From NCBI GenBank assembly GCA_965203325.1, contig OZ241875.1:832001-896000 (forward strand): DNA of 64,000 nt, written 5' to 3'. Made by a program: the position numbers and the translations under genes. This DNA comes from a bacterium (GTDB taxonomy: Bacteria; UBA8248). The notes beneath the pieces were generated by a model, which did no database searches, was not told the DNA's origin, and was given only the letters and a program-made list of their open reading frames with translations. Shown here piece after piece: positions 1 to 10,098 of the stretch. Position 1 is the first letter of the stretch; every line of letters begins with the position of its first letter.

Positions 1-1881
1 GACCTTGCGCGAATCCGGAAAATCGCGCTGAACGAGAGGGAAATCGTCGATCGCCTCGTCTCCCGTGACGGTCGCGTGGGCGGAGTGGCGATTACCTTCA
101 TTCTGCCGAAAAACCAGGACGCAGGCGTAGTCGCGATAACCGACTACCTGAACGCCGTTTTGAAGAAGGCCCGCGCGAGCCACCCGGACATGAACTATTA
201 CATGACCGGCACTGTCGTCATTAACCGGGCTTTCCAGGATGCCCCGAAGGATGACTTGAGCATCCTGTTGCCGCTCGTGTTTCTCGTCATCGCGATTTTC
301 ACGATTATTCTCTTGCGCTCGATACTGGGCACGCTGGCAATCATTATCTTTCTCCTGTTCCCCATCATCACCACCATGGGAATAGCCGGCTGGCTCGGGA
401 CGGTGTTCAGCCCCACCAACTCCGGCGTGCCGATCATCATCATGGTCATAGCCATCGCGGATGCGGTTCATATCGTATCGAGCACGCTCCTGGAAATGAG
501 GCGCGGCCTCGAGAAAAATGCGGCGGTCGCGGAGTCGCTTCGCCACAACGCCTGGCCGGTGTTTCTGACCTCTCTCACGACGGCCATCGGATTCCTGAGC
601 CTGAACACCTCGGACTCTCCGCCTTTCCAGGTTCTGGGGAACTACGTGGCGCTCGGCGTGGTGTGGGCCTACGTCTATTCCATGACGCTGCTTCCGGCGC
701 TGCTCTCGGTTCTGCCGCTGCGAGCACCTCGTGTCCGCTCTCAAGGGACCGCCTTTTTCGAGCGATTCGCCGAGTTCGTCATCGCGCGGCGCAAGCCCCT
801 GCTCGTGGTCCTCTCCGTGGGTGTAGTTTTCCTGCTCACCGGAATCCCCCGCATCGAGCTGGGTGACAACCTGACGAAATTCTTCGACGAAAGCTACCGG
901 GTCCGGCGCGATGCGGATTACATCTCCAAGAACCTGACCGGCTTCGACAAGCTGGAATATTCCCTGAAAGCGGGGCGCGAGGGGGGCATCACCGATCCCG
1001 CATATCTGAAAAAGGTGGAAGCCTTCGCCGGATGGTACGGGGAGCAACCGAAAGTGAGCCACGTCCAGGCGTTTCCGGACGTCATGAAGCGCCTGAACAA
1101 GAACATGCACGGCGACGACCCGGCGTTCTACCGGATTCCCGATGACCCCAGGCTCGCCGCGCAATATCTGCTGCTCTACGAGTTTTCGCTCCCCTTCGGC
1201 ATGGACCTCAACAACCGCATCGACGTCGCCAAATCCAGGACACGCATGAGCGTCACTATCAAGGATGCGACGTCGCGGGACCTGCGTGAGCTCGGCAATC
1301 GCGCCCAGGTCTGGCTGCGCGCCAATGCGCCCGAATTCGCGCAGGAGGCATCCGGCCTGAGCGTCATCGTTGCGCATATGACGCAGCGCAATCTCGAGAG
1401 CATGCTGGGCGGCACGATCATCGCCATGGCGCTCATCTCGTTGATTCTGGCCCTGGTTTTCAAAAGCGTGCGTTTCGGTCTCATCAGCCTCGTGCCCAAC
1501 TTCCTCCCCGCGTTGATGACCTTCGGTCTGTGGGGCCATCTCGTGGGCCAGTTGGGCGTCGTCTCCTCGGTGGTTCTCGCCGTCACCTTCGGAATCATCG
1601 TGGACGATACGATTCACTTTTTGAGCAAATACTTGAAGGCGCGGCGCGAAGAGGGCCTCCCGCCGTTCGAGGCGGTGCGCTACGCCTTCCGCACCGTGGG
1701 CCACGCGCTGTGGACGACGACCGTGGTCCTGTCGGCGGGCTTCATGGTTTTCACCGCATCGGGGTTCGAACTCAGTTGGGTTCTCGGGCTTCTGGTGACG
1801 ATAACGATCATTTTCGCGTTGCTTGGCGATTTCCTGCTCCTGCCCATTCTGCTGATCGCCATCGACAGGAATCATTCATGA
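1..1881 (+). CDS. MMPL/RND-family transporter, 5' partial
   Basis: Frame open from base 1; two blocks of TM helices with IAIADAVH and GIIVDDTIH motifs typical of MMPL/RND proteins. Confidence 0.85.
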   Translation, partial: DLARIRKIALNEREIVDRLVSRDGRVGGVAITFILPKNQDAGVVAITDYLNAVLKKARASHPDMNYYMTGTVVINRAFQDAPKDDLSILLPLVFLVIAIFTIILLRSILGTLAIIIFLLFPIITTMGIAGWLGTVFSPTNSGVPIIIMVIAIADAVHIVSSTLLEMRRGLEKNAAVAESLRHNAWPVFLTSLTTAIGFLSLNTSDSPPFQVLGNYVALGVVWAYVYSMTLLPALLSVLPLRAPRVRSQGTAFFERFAEFVIARRKPLLVVLSVGVVFLLTGIPRIELGDNLTKFFDESYRVRRDADYISKNLTGFDKLEYSLKAGREGGITDPAYLKKVEAFAGWYGEQPKVSHVQAFPDVMKRLNKNMHGDDPAFYRIPDDPRLAAQYLLLYEFSLPFGMDLNNRIDVAKSRTRMSVTIKDATSRDLRELGNRAQVWLRANAPEFAQEASGLSVIVAHMTQRNLESMLGGTIIAMALISLILALVFKSVRFGLISLVPNFLPALMTFGLWGHLVGQLGVVSSVVLAVTFGIIVDDTIHFLSKYLKARREEGLPPFEAVRYAFRTVGHALWTTTVVLSAGFMVFTASGFELSWVLGLLVTITIIFALLGDFLLLPILLIAIDRNHS

Positions 1882-1932
1882 TGCCTAACCATAAGTATGT
1901 TGCGACAATTTTACATCCATGAGGAAAGCTAC

Positions 1933-3297
1933 ATGAGAAAGAGTACCGTTGTAATTTTAGGAGGGGGAGCGGCCGGGCTGTGCGCCGCCTACACCCTGAA
2001 GAAACATGGCATAAAAGCCATCTTGTTAGAAGCCGGCGATCGTCTGGGCGGACGGCTGGGCGGTGACAGAGTGGACGATTTTTCGCTGGATGCGGGCGCG
2101 GATTTCTTCTGTTCTTCCTACGATGTCACTTTTCGCATATGCGAGGAACTGGGATTGCCCCTGCTTCGCTCGAAGATGAGCCTGGGCTGGTACAGAAACG
2201 GCCGGTGGACCGTGACGTGTCCGGTCGATTCCTTGAGCACACTCATCCAGAACCTGGTGGCGTTCTGGAAGCTGAAGGTCTTGTCGCCCCGGGAAATCTG
2301 GCCGACGCTCAAAATGATCAAAGGGATCAAACAACAGTCTGATTTCCTGAACTTCGCCAGTGACTCCAGGATCATCGAACTCGACGGGGGGGAGAACGCC
2401 GGCGAATACATGGACAGCCTCGGCATGCCCGAGTCTTTGAAGACGACGCTGCGGGGATTCATGGAGATGACGATGGGCGAAATCGAGCAGATGGGCTCCG
2501 CCTACTTGCGAACGTATCTGGCCGAGATGCTCTTGAAGCCCGAACAGATATATGTGCCTGAGCAAGGAGCCAGCTCCCTGATCCACGCCCTGGCAAGCGC
2601 CTGCGGGGCCGATATCCGCGTCTCCACGCCCGCAAGAAGCGTGGTCATCCGAGACGGGGCTGTGAAGAACGTGATCGTGGACGACGGACCCATCGAGGCT
2701 GACGCCGTCATCTGCGCCGTCCCCGCCACGAAGGTGTCTGAAATCATTCCGGATCTGCCGAGCGGAATTCGCAGCGCACTGGGCAAGGTAACGTATTCGC
2801 GCGGATGCAGAGTGGTGATCGGCCTCGACCATCGCCCGCTTCCTCCCGGCTGGCACGGAGCGTTGTATCCCGAGGACGAGACGCCGCTGCTTCTGGATCG
2901 ATCCATCAACCTGCCGGTCTGCGTACCACCGGGAAAGAGCACGCTTGATTTGCTCGTCGGCCGCGAGCGCGCCGAGGAGTTGTTCCCTCTTGACGATGAA
3001 GAAATCAAGCGCCGAATGCTCGCCGACGCGCGCCGGAACCCTCCTCCCGGCTCCAACCTTCCCGGTGACGACGAGGGGCTGTTCACCCGCGTGTACCGCT
3101 GGCGGGAGGCCGTGTGCATGGGGCCTCCCGGCATGTTCAAGGCGATAGCGGATATGCGCCTTGAAATCAAACGCGACGTCAAGAATCTCTTCCTGGCGGG
3201 CGACTACATGCGGGTTCCCTGTGTGAACGGCGCCCTGGCAAGCGGCGTCGACGCAGCCGAAGAAGTTGCGGAGTTGCTGGCGACCCGTTCCTCATGA
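1933..3297 (+). CDS. FAD-dependent oxidoreductase (amine oxidase/protoporphyrinogen oxidase-like)
   Basis: GGGAAG Rossmann motif, EAGDRLGGR, C-terminal LAGDY...GALASG; GAGGA RBS before ATG 1933. Confidence 0.8.
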   Translation: MRKSTVVILGGGAAGLCAAYTLKKHGIKAILLEAGDRLGGRLGGDRVDDFSLDAGADFFCSSYDVTFRICEELGLPLLRSKMSLGWYRNGRWTVTCPVDSLSTLIQNLVAFWKLKVLSPREIWPTLKMIKGIKQQSDFLNFASDSRIIELDGGENAGEYMDSLGMPESLKTTLRGFMEMTMGEIEQMGSAYLRTYLAEMLLKPEQIYVPEQGASSLIHALASACGADIRVSTPARSVVIRDGAVKNVIVDDGPIEADAVICAVPATKVSEIIPDLPSGIRSALGKVTYSRGCRVVIGLDHRPLPPGWHGALYPEDETPLLLDRSINLPVCVPPGKSTLDLLVGRERAEELFPLDDEEIKRRMLADARRNPPPGSNLPGDDEGLFTRVYRWREAVCMGPPGMFKAIADMRLEIKRDVKNLFLAGDYMRVPCVNGALASGVDAAEEVAELLATRSS

Positions 3298-3582
3298 AAA
3301 GCTGGCGCGTGGTTCTTCGATAAGTTTCTGGAAATTGTTTCCCGTTTAACCGGTTGTAATACAAAGGGTCACCATTCAAATCTGAGCGCCGGACACTCAA
3401 ATAAAGCGACAAAAAAAGTTTCCTGATTCCCCCGCATTCGCGCGCCGACCCGCCGATGGACCTCACCGCCGCACGCCCCCCGGAGCGCCCCGCCCCATGA
3501 ATCGGGGCGTTTCCGTTCACCGGCCGGACGTGATATATTCAGTCCATATCGATGCTGCCTTGAGTGAGGAGATGCGCTATCC

Positions 3583-6384
3583 ATGGAGACGAATCCTCAG
3601 GATATCGGGGAAGTACCGGTAAGGGAGGATGGATCGTCCATCTCGACGAACGGGGCGCAGCAGGACGGCTCCGGCGATTCGAGGTATCTGCCCGACTCGG
3701 CGGGCGCGCCCCTTCCCGACGCTGAAACCGAACTCGACGAGGTAGAAACCGACGAGTGGCTCGAATCGCTCGACTACGTCCTTCAAACCCGGGGTCCCGA
3801 GCGTACGAAGATCCTCCTTCGCCATTTGCAGGTCCATGCGGTGCGCGCGGGCGTCGTCCGCCCGTTTTCGGCGAACACGCCGTATATCAACACCATCCCG
3901 CTGGAAAAGCAGCCCCCCTTCCCCGGGGACCGGACGATCGAGCGGCGGATCAAGAGCCTCGTCCGCTGGAACGCGATGGCCATGGTCGTGCGCGCCAACC
4001 GGGAAGACGCCTCCATCGGCGGGCACATCTCCACCTACGCATCGGCCGCCACGCTGCTCGAAATCGGGTTCAACCACTTCTTCCGGGGCAAGAAGCATCC
4101 CTCGGGCGGCGACATCATCTACTTCCAGGGCCACAGCGCGCCCGGCATCTACGCCAGAGCGTTCCTCGAAGGACGCCTGACAGAGAGGAATCTCGAAAAC
4201 TTCCGGCGCGAGCTCAAAGAGGGGGGCGGCCTCTCCTCCTACCCGCATCCCTGGCTGATGCCCGATTTCTGGGAGTTCCCCACCGTCTCGATGGGACTCT
4301 CTCCCCTGATGGCGATATACCAGGCGCGCTATCTGCACTATCTGGAAGACCGAGGCCTCAAGCCCGCGACGGGCCAGAAAGTCTGGGCGTACCTGGGCGA
4401 CGGCGAGATGGACGAACCCGAATCGCTGGGCGCCATCACCCTGGCCGCGCGGGAAAAACTCGACAACCTGATCTTCGTCATCAACTGCAACCTGCAGCGC
4501 CTCGACGGCCCCGTCAGGGGCAACGGGAAAATCATCCAGGAACTCGAAGCCGCCTTCCGGGGCGCGAAGTGGAACGTCATCAAGGTCATCTGGGGAGACG
4601 ACTGGGACCCCCTCGTGGCGATGGATGATGAGGGCGCGCTCCTCCAGCGGATGAACGAGACAGTCGACGGCCAATACCAGAAATACAGCGTCGAGAAGGT
4701 CAAGGAGGGCGATTACCTGCGCGAGCATTTCTTCGGTGGCGACGAGCGGTTGAAGGCGATGGCCGACACCGTGCCCGATGAGAAACTCAACAGGATGCGG
4801 CGCGGGGGACATGACCCCGAAAAAGTGTTCGCCGCCTACCAGGCCGCCATGGAATGCAGGGGTCTCCCCACGGTCATCCTCGCGAAAACAGTGAAGGGGT
4901 ATGGCTTGGGCGAGGGCGGCGAGGGCCGGAACGTCACCCACCAGCAGAAAAAGCTCAATGAGGATGAACTCAAGGAGTTCCGCACGCGCTTCGAGATTCC
5001 CATGTCCGATGAGGAAGTGACAGAGGCGCCGTTCTACCGGCCGTCGGAGGACAGCCCCGAAATTCAATACCTGAAAGAAAAGCGGAAAAAACTCGGCGGA
5101 TACGTTCCCACGAGGCGGAGCATCTCCACGCCGCTCAAAGCGCCGCCTGATGAGTTGTTCGAGGAATTCCTGGAAGGCACGGATGGGCGCGAAGTCTCCA
5201 CGACCATGGTGTTCGTCAGAATCCTGAGCAAGCTGCTCCGCGACGAGGGATTGGGCAAACTCATCGTTCCCATCGTGCCCGATGAAGCGAGGACGTTCGG
5301 CATGGAAGCGCTGTTCCGGCAAATCGGAATCTACTCCCACGCCGGACAGTTGTATGAGCCCGTCGACCGCGACAGCCTCCTGTACTACAAAGAAGCGCAA
5401 GACGGACAGATCCTTGAAGAGGGAATCACCGAGGCGGGTTCGATGGCGTCGTTCATCGCCGCCGGGACCGCCTACGCCACCCACGGTGTGAACACCATCC
5501 CGTTCTACATCTACTATTCGATGTTCGGCTTCCAGCGCATCGGCGATCTGATATGGGCGGCGGCGGACATGTGCGCGCGGGGTTTCCTGATCGGAGGGAC
5601 GGCCGGCAGAACCACCCTGAACGGGGAAGGACTCCAGCACCAGGACGGCAACAGCCACCATCTCGCCTATCCCGTTCCCAACCTTCTCACTTACGACCCG
5701 GCTTTCGCCTTCGAGATGGCGCTGATCATTCAGGACGGGATTCGCAGAATGTACCAGGAACAGGAAAAAATCTTCTACTACCTCACCGCCTACAACGAGA
5801 ACTACGCCATGCCTCCGATGCCCGAAGGGGCGCAGGAGGGCATATTGAAGGGCATGTATCTCTTCAAGCGCTCGGAGGCGGACTCGGGTATCAAAGCGCA
5901 ATTATTGGGCAGCGGCACCATCATGAACGAGGTGCTCCGGGCGCAGGAAATGCTGGAGAAACGATATTCGATTGCAGCGGACGTCTGGAGCGTCACGAGC
6001 TACAAGGAACTCAGGCGAGACGCCCTGGAAGTCGAGCGATGGAACATGCTGCACTCGGACAGCGCACCGAAAACTCCATACGTGACGCAATGCCTCGCGC
6101 GCGCACCCGGCGTTTGCGTGGCGGCCTCGGACTATGTGAAGGCCACGCCCGATTCGATTTCGAAATGGGTGCCCAAACCCATGATTTCGCTGGGAACCGA
6201 GGGGTTCGGGCGAAGCGAATCGAGGGAATCCTTGAGAGATTTCTTTGAAATCGATGCGCGCTACATCGTGCTCGCCACTTTGTACAGCCTTGCGCGAGAC
6301 AAGAAGATATACCCCGAACTCGTGAACAAAGCGATGAAAGACCTGGATATCGACCCCGAAAAAACCAACCCGATGATGTCCTGA
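3583..6384 (+). CDS. aceE: Pyruvate dehydrogenase E1, homodimeric type
   Basis: GGHISTYAS, SYPHP, GDGEMDEPES ThDP motif, GEGLQHQDG, GFGRS. Confidence 0.97.
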   Translation: METNPQDIGEVPVREDGSSISTNGAQQDGSGDSRYLPDSAGAPLPDAETELDEVETDEWLESLDYVLQTRGPERTKILLRHLQVHAVRAGVVRPFSANTPYINTIPLEKQPPFPGDRTIERRIKSLVRWNAMAMVVRANREDASIGGHISTYASAATLLEIGFNHFFRGKKHPSGGDIIYFQGHSAPGIYARAFLEGRLTERNLENFRRELKEGGGLSSYPHPWLMPDFWEFPTVSMGLSPLMAIYQARYLHYLEDRGLKPATGQKVWAYLGDGEMDEPESLGAITLAAREKLDNLIFVINCNLQRLDGPVRGNGKIIQELEAAFRGAKWNVIKVIWGDDWDPLVAMDDEGALLQRMNETVDGQYQKYSVEKVKEGDYLREHFFGGDERLKAMADTVPDEKLNRMRRGGHDPEKVFAAYQAAMECRGLPTVILAKTVKGYGLGEGGEGRNVTHQQKKLNEDELKEFRTRFEIPMSDEEVTEAPFYRPSEDSPEIQYLKEKRKKLGGYVPTRRSISTPLKAPPDELFEEFLEGTDGREVSTTMVFVRILSKLLRDEGLGKLIVPIVPDEARTFGMEALFRQIGIYSHAGQLYEPVDRDSLLYYKEAQDGQILEEGITEAGSMASFIAAGTAYATHGVNTIPFYIYYSMFGFQRIGDLIWAAADMCARGFLIGGTAGRTTLNGEGLQHQDGNSHHLAYPVPNLLTYDPAFAFEMALIIQDGIRRMYQEQEKIFYYLTAYNENYAMPPMPEGAQEGILKGMYLFKRSEADSGIKAQLLGSGTIMNEVLRAQEMLEKRYSIAADVWSVTSYKELRRDALEVERWNMLHSDSAPKTPYVTQCLARAPGVCVAASDYVKATPDSISKWVPKPMISLGTEGFGRSESRESLRDFFEIDARYIVLATLYSLARDKKIYPELVNKAMKDLDIDPEKTNPMMS

Positions 6385-6405
6385 TACAAATCCCGAGGGA
6401 GTTCC

Positions 6406-7800
6406 ATGACCATCGAACTCAAACTCCCCGAACTCGGGGAGAACATCACATCCGGAAAAGTAATTGCCGTTTTAGTCAACGTGGGAGACACCGTGGCAGT
6501 GGATCAGTCGGTCATCGAAGTCGAGACCGACAAGGCGCTCATCGAAGTCCCCTCATCGGTCGAGGGCAAGATAACGGAAATCCATCTCAAACCCGGCGAC
6601 GACGCCGAAGTCGGGGGAACGATTCTCGTCATCGAAGAGAGCAGCGAGATTGCGGCGCCCACTCTGGGCAAAGAGAATTTTGAGGAAATTACCTCAGGCT
6701 CCAAAGAACGGGTGGACTCGGAAGAAACCCGGCCCATACCGGCGGACGAACCCGCGTCGCTTTTCGAGACGACGGGCGAAGATGCCGCCGCGACGGAACC
6801 CGCGCCTGCCGGATTTTCTCTGCAACCCACCGGGACCCCTGCACCGGAGACTTCTGAAACGCCTGCGCCAAAGAGCAAAAAAGAGCCCGCGCCCGCGGCG
6901 CCCTCGGTACGCAGAATCGCTCGTGAGGCGGGCATCGACATAAGCGATGTGCCGGGCAGCGGAATTGGAGGCAGAATATCCGCGCAAGACGTCAGGCAAT
7001 TCGTGGCGGCGCAAGGGGGCGCCGCTTTACCGGATGCGCCTGCCCCGGCGCAGATGAGCGCCCCCGTTCAACTGCCCGACCTCGCCCGCTGGGGGGAGAT
7101 CAAGCGCGAACCGATGACGGGAATCCGGCGCGCGACGTCCGTGAATCTCACGCGCGCATGGACGAGCGTCCCCCATGTGACCCAGTGCGAAAAAGCCGAC
7201 ATTTCCGAACTCGATGACTTGAGAAGAAAATTCACTCCAAAAGCGGAGACCGCCGGCGGCAAACTCACCATCACCGCCATCCTCATTAAAGTCATCGCTT
7301 CGGCTCTCAAAGTCTTCCCGCAATTCAACGCGAGCGTAGACACGGCGGCCGAAGAGATCGTCTACAAGAACTACATACATGTAGGTGTTGCCGTAGATAC
7401 CGAAAACGGTTTGCTCGTACCGGTAATTCGCGATGCGGACAAGAAGAATATCATCGAACTATCGGTGGAACTGGGCGAAGTTGCAGAACGCGCCCGCTCC
7501 CGAAGACTCGCACCCGACGACATGCAGGGCGGCTCCATGACCATCACGAACCTCGGCGGCTTCGGCGGCACGTATTTCACCCCGATAGTGAACTGGCCCG
7601 AAGTCGCCATCCTCGGCGTCTCCCGCGCGCGCATGGAGCCGGTTTGGGCGAAAGACGCAGAAGAATTCGAACCGCGCCTGATGCTCCCGCTCATGGTTTC
7701 CTACGACCACCGCATCATCGACGGGGCGGATGGCGTCAAGTTTTTGAGATGGGTGGCCGACGCGCTGGAAGAACCCATGCTCATGAGCCTCGAAGGTTGA
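6406..7800 (+). CDS. aceF: Dihydrolipoamide acetyltransferase (E2)
   Basis: Single lipoyl domain (VETDKA), E3-binding PSVRRIARE...GSGIGGRI, catalytic YDHRIIDG. Confidence 0.95.
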   Translation: MTIELKLPELGENITSGKVIAVLVNVGDTVAVDQSVIEVETDKALIEVPSSVEGKITEIHLKPGDDAEVGGTILVIEESSEIAAPTLGKENFEEITSGSKERVDSEETRPIPADEPASLFETTGEDAAATEPAPAGFSLQPTGTPAPETSETPAPKSKKEPAPAAPSVRRIAREAGIDISDVPGSGIGGRISAQDVRQFVAAQGGAALPDAPAPAQMSAPVQLPDLARWGEIKREPMTGIRRATSVNLTRAWTSVPHVTQCEKADISELDDLRRKFTPKAETAGGKLTITAILIKVIASALKVFPQFNASVDTAAEEIVYKNYIHVGVAVDTENGLLVPVIRDADKKNIIELSVELGEVAERARSRRLAPDDMQGGSMTITNLGGFGGTYFTPIVNWPEVAILGVSRARMEPVWAKDAEEFEPRLMLPLMVSYDHRIIDGADGVKFLRWVADALEEPMLMSLEG

Positions 7801-7938
7801 GCGACTCTCTCGAAGACGGGGAAATCCATCCCCATGAACCTCCCGGGTTGAGCGGCCCCAGCATTATCCAGCGAAACCTCCTGGGTCACTACGAGAGGCA
7901 CGCGGTTCTCCCCGATTCATCTTTGGGATGTCTTTTCA

Positions 7939-8517
7939 ATGGCGAATCTCCTGGGTGATTGGAATTTTCTGCAATACTGGTGGTGGAAACCCTACATCAA
8001 ACCCCTCATCGGTTTGGCCTGGTTTGCGGGCGTCATCGCGCTGGGAGCGATCATCTTCTTCGCCGTCATGGGAAGCGCCAAGCTATCTGAATACAGAAAC
8101 GCTCTCTTCCCTCCCAAAGAACCCGATATCCCCGAGGATGAAGCGGCGCTCGTCGAATTCATGGAGTCTTTCTTTCCGGAAGTATCGGAAGAAGAGGTTC
8201 TCCTGATGGAACATATCCTTGACGACGTGATCAAGGAAGATATTCATCCGCAAATGGCGCGGGAAATCGAAGCCCGGGGCATACCCGTCCGGCTGCTGGC
8301 GCTCCCGCCGCCGGAAATCGTACGCGCAGTAGGATGCTATCCCGTGGCCGTGTGGATTCCCCGTCTGAACGCGATAGAACTGTACGCATCGGTCGTCAAA
8401 AGCGAATGCAAGCGAGACCCGAAGCGTTACAGAGCGAAGATAGGCGATCTGCTGCTGCATGAAATCGGCCACGCCCTGGGCCTGGATGAACCAAAAATCA
8501 AGGATTTCGGCGTATAA
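7939..8517 (+). CDS. Zincin-like metallopeptidase family protein with N-terminal TM helix
   Basis: C-terminal LLHEIGHALGLDE (HExxH); hydrophobic segment near the N-terminus. Confidence 0.7.
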   Translation: MANLLGDWNFLQYWWWKPYIKPLIGLAWFAGVIALGAIIFFAVMGSAKLSEYRNALFPPKEPDIPEDEAALVEFMESFFPEVSEEEVLLMEHILDDVIKEDIHPQMAREIEARGIPVRLLALPPPEIVRAVGCYPVAVWIPRLNAIELYASVVKSECKRDPKRYRAKIGDLLLHEIGHALGLDEPKIKDFGV

Positions 8518-8522
8518 CCGCC

Positions 8523-10043
8523 CTATTCCTCCGCGCCGTGACCGTTCAGGTCGGCGGGGTCGGTCACCTCGATGCTCCCCGTGAGCCCGAAAAGGCGCTG
8601 CATCTTCTTCCTGAAGGCCGGGGTGAAGAGTTTTTTGGCATAAAACCGGCCCGCCACCCTTTTGTTCACCTGCGCCAGGGTGGGATAGACATGAACCGTA
8701 TCCACCACCTCTTTGACGTGCATCTTTTTGCGGACGGCCAACACGAACTCGTGCAATATCTCTCCCGCCGCAGGCCCGACCAAATCGGCCCCCACGAGCC
8801 TGCCCTTCTCGTCGCACACCACCTTGCAAATGCCCTCCGTCTCTCCATCCAAAACGGCGCGGTCCACGCGGCTCATCGGGAAGCGGAGCACCTGGATGCG
8901 ATTCGCCCCCAAAGCCGCTTCGGCGTCGGCTTCGCTCAAGCCGACGTGCGCCGCCTCGGGCGTGGTGTAGATCGTCCACGGCACGGCGTCATAGTTCGTT
9001 TTCTTCTTGAGAAACGGGAGCGGAATCCCGAAAGGCGCGCTGAAGAGCATGTTCCTGAGCGCAACGCCCGCCTCATATTCCGCCATGTGGGTGAAGAGAT
9101 ACTGCCCCCGGATGTCGCCGGCGGCGAAGATGCGCGGATTCGCGGTCTGGAGATACTCGTCCGTCTCCACGCCGCGCGGCGTGTGCTTCACGCCCGCCTT
9201 TTCGAGGTCCATCCCGCCCACGTTGGGCGAGCGGCCGGTAGCGATGAGGAGCTGATCGCAAGCCCATTCCCTCTTTCCCGACGGCGTATCGGCCTCCAGG
9301 AAAATCTCCTCGCCGCGTTTCTCGACCTTTTGCGTGTTCACGTTGAAGTGTAGCTTGAGGCCGGATTCCGCCAGGGAATCGGCAAGAATCCCGGCCATCT
9401 CCTTATCGAGCCTCGGCAGGAGCTTCGGCGCGCTTTGCAGCACTTCCACCTCGGCGCCGAGTTGCTGAAACGCCTGGGATAGTTCCAGGCCGATAGGTCC
9501 CGCTCCCAGCACCACCAGGCGTCTCGGCAATTCCTCCAAATCGAATACGGTTTCGTTCGTGAGATAGGGCACGCTATCGAGACCGGCGATGGGCGGCACG
9601 AAGGGAGAACTCCCCATGGACAGCAAAAACCGCTTGGCCCGCAGCGTCCTGTCCCCTACCTGAAACGTATCGGGGCCGGTAAAGGCGCCATCGCCGAATA
9701 TCACCTCGATGCCCATGCCCTCGAAGCGCTCGGGCGCATCGTGCTCGCCGATGTGGGCCTGGGCCGCCTTCATCCGCTTCATGACGCGGGGAAAATCGAC
9801 CCGCACGCCGCTTACGTCAATCCCGAACTCGGGCATCGAGCGCGCCTGCGCGGCCAGCCTCGCCGAGCGGATCAGGCCCTTGGAGGGCACGCATCCATAG
9901 TTCAGGCAATCGCCGCCGAGTTTCGCCTTCTCCACGAGTGCCGCCTTGGCGCCCAGTTGCGCAGCGCCCACTGAGGCCACCAAGCCACCGACCCCTCCCC
10001 CGATGGATACCAAATCAAACACCGATTCTTTTTGCATCTTCAT
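8523..10043 (-). CDS. Pyridine nucleotide-disulfide oxidoreductase (Lpd/MerA-like)
   Basis: GGGVGG FAD motif, GGDCLNYGCVPSK redox disulfide, GAGPIGLE, ATGRSPN; start 10043 or 10037. Confidence 0.9.
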   Translation of the reverse strand: MKMQKESVFDLVSIGGGVGGLVASVGAAQLGAKAALVEKAKLGGDCLNYGCVPSKGLIRSARLAAQARSMPEFGIDVSGVRVDFPRVMKRMKAAQAHIGEHDAPERFEGMGIEVIFGDGAFTGPDTFQVGDRTLRAKRFLLSMGSSPFVPPIAGLDSVPYLTNETVFDLEELPRRLVVLGAGPIGLELSQAFQQLGAEVEVLQSAPKLLPRLDKEMAGILADSLAESGLKLHFNVNTQKVEKRGEEIFLEADTPSGKREWACDQLLIATGRSPNVGGMDLEKAGVKHTPRGVETDEYLQTANPRIFAAGDIRGQYLFTHMAEYEAGVALRNMLFSAPFGIPLPFLKKKTNYDAVPWTIYTTPEAAHVGLSEADAEAALGANRIQVLRFPMSRVDRAVLDGETEGICKVVCDEKGRLVGADLVGPAAGEILHEFVLAVRKKMHVKEVVDTVHVYPTLAQVNKRVAGRFYAKKLFTPAFRKKMQRLFGLTGSIEVTDPADLNGHGAEE

Positions 10044-10098
10044 ATCCTCTCCAGACGGCGAAATGCGTCTCTTCCGCAACGAACGCGGAGCAGTCCGC

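Noticed and set aside
3577..5901. 774-aa antisense ORF over aceE, and similar long shadow ORFs (14055-15482, 20048-21415, 33195-34409, 37871-39598)
   Set aside because: Antisense frames of GC-rich genes are stop-poor; no recognisable motifs
7810..7920. Possible structured ncRNA after aceF (CGGGGA/TCCCCG pairing, AACCTCCYGGG repeats)
   Set aside because: No match by eye to SRP, 6S, tmRNA or riboswitch hallmarks; needs an Rfam scan
8523..10043. Naming this gene lpdA or merA
   Set aside because: It lacks the HPTxxE dyad and the MerA C-terminal Cys pair
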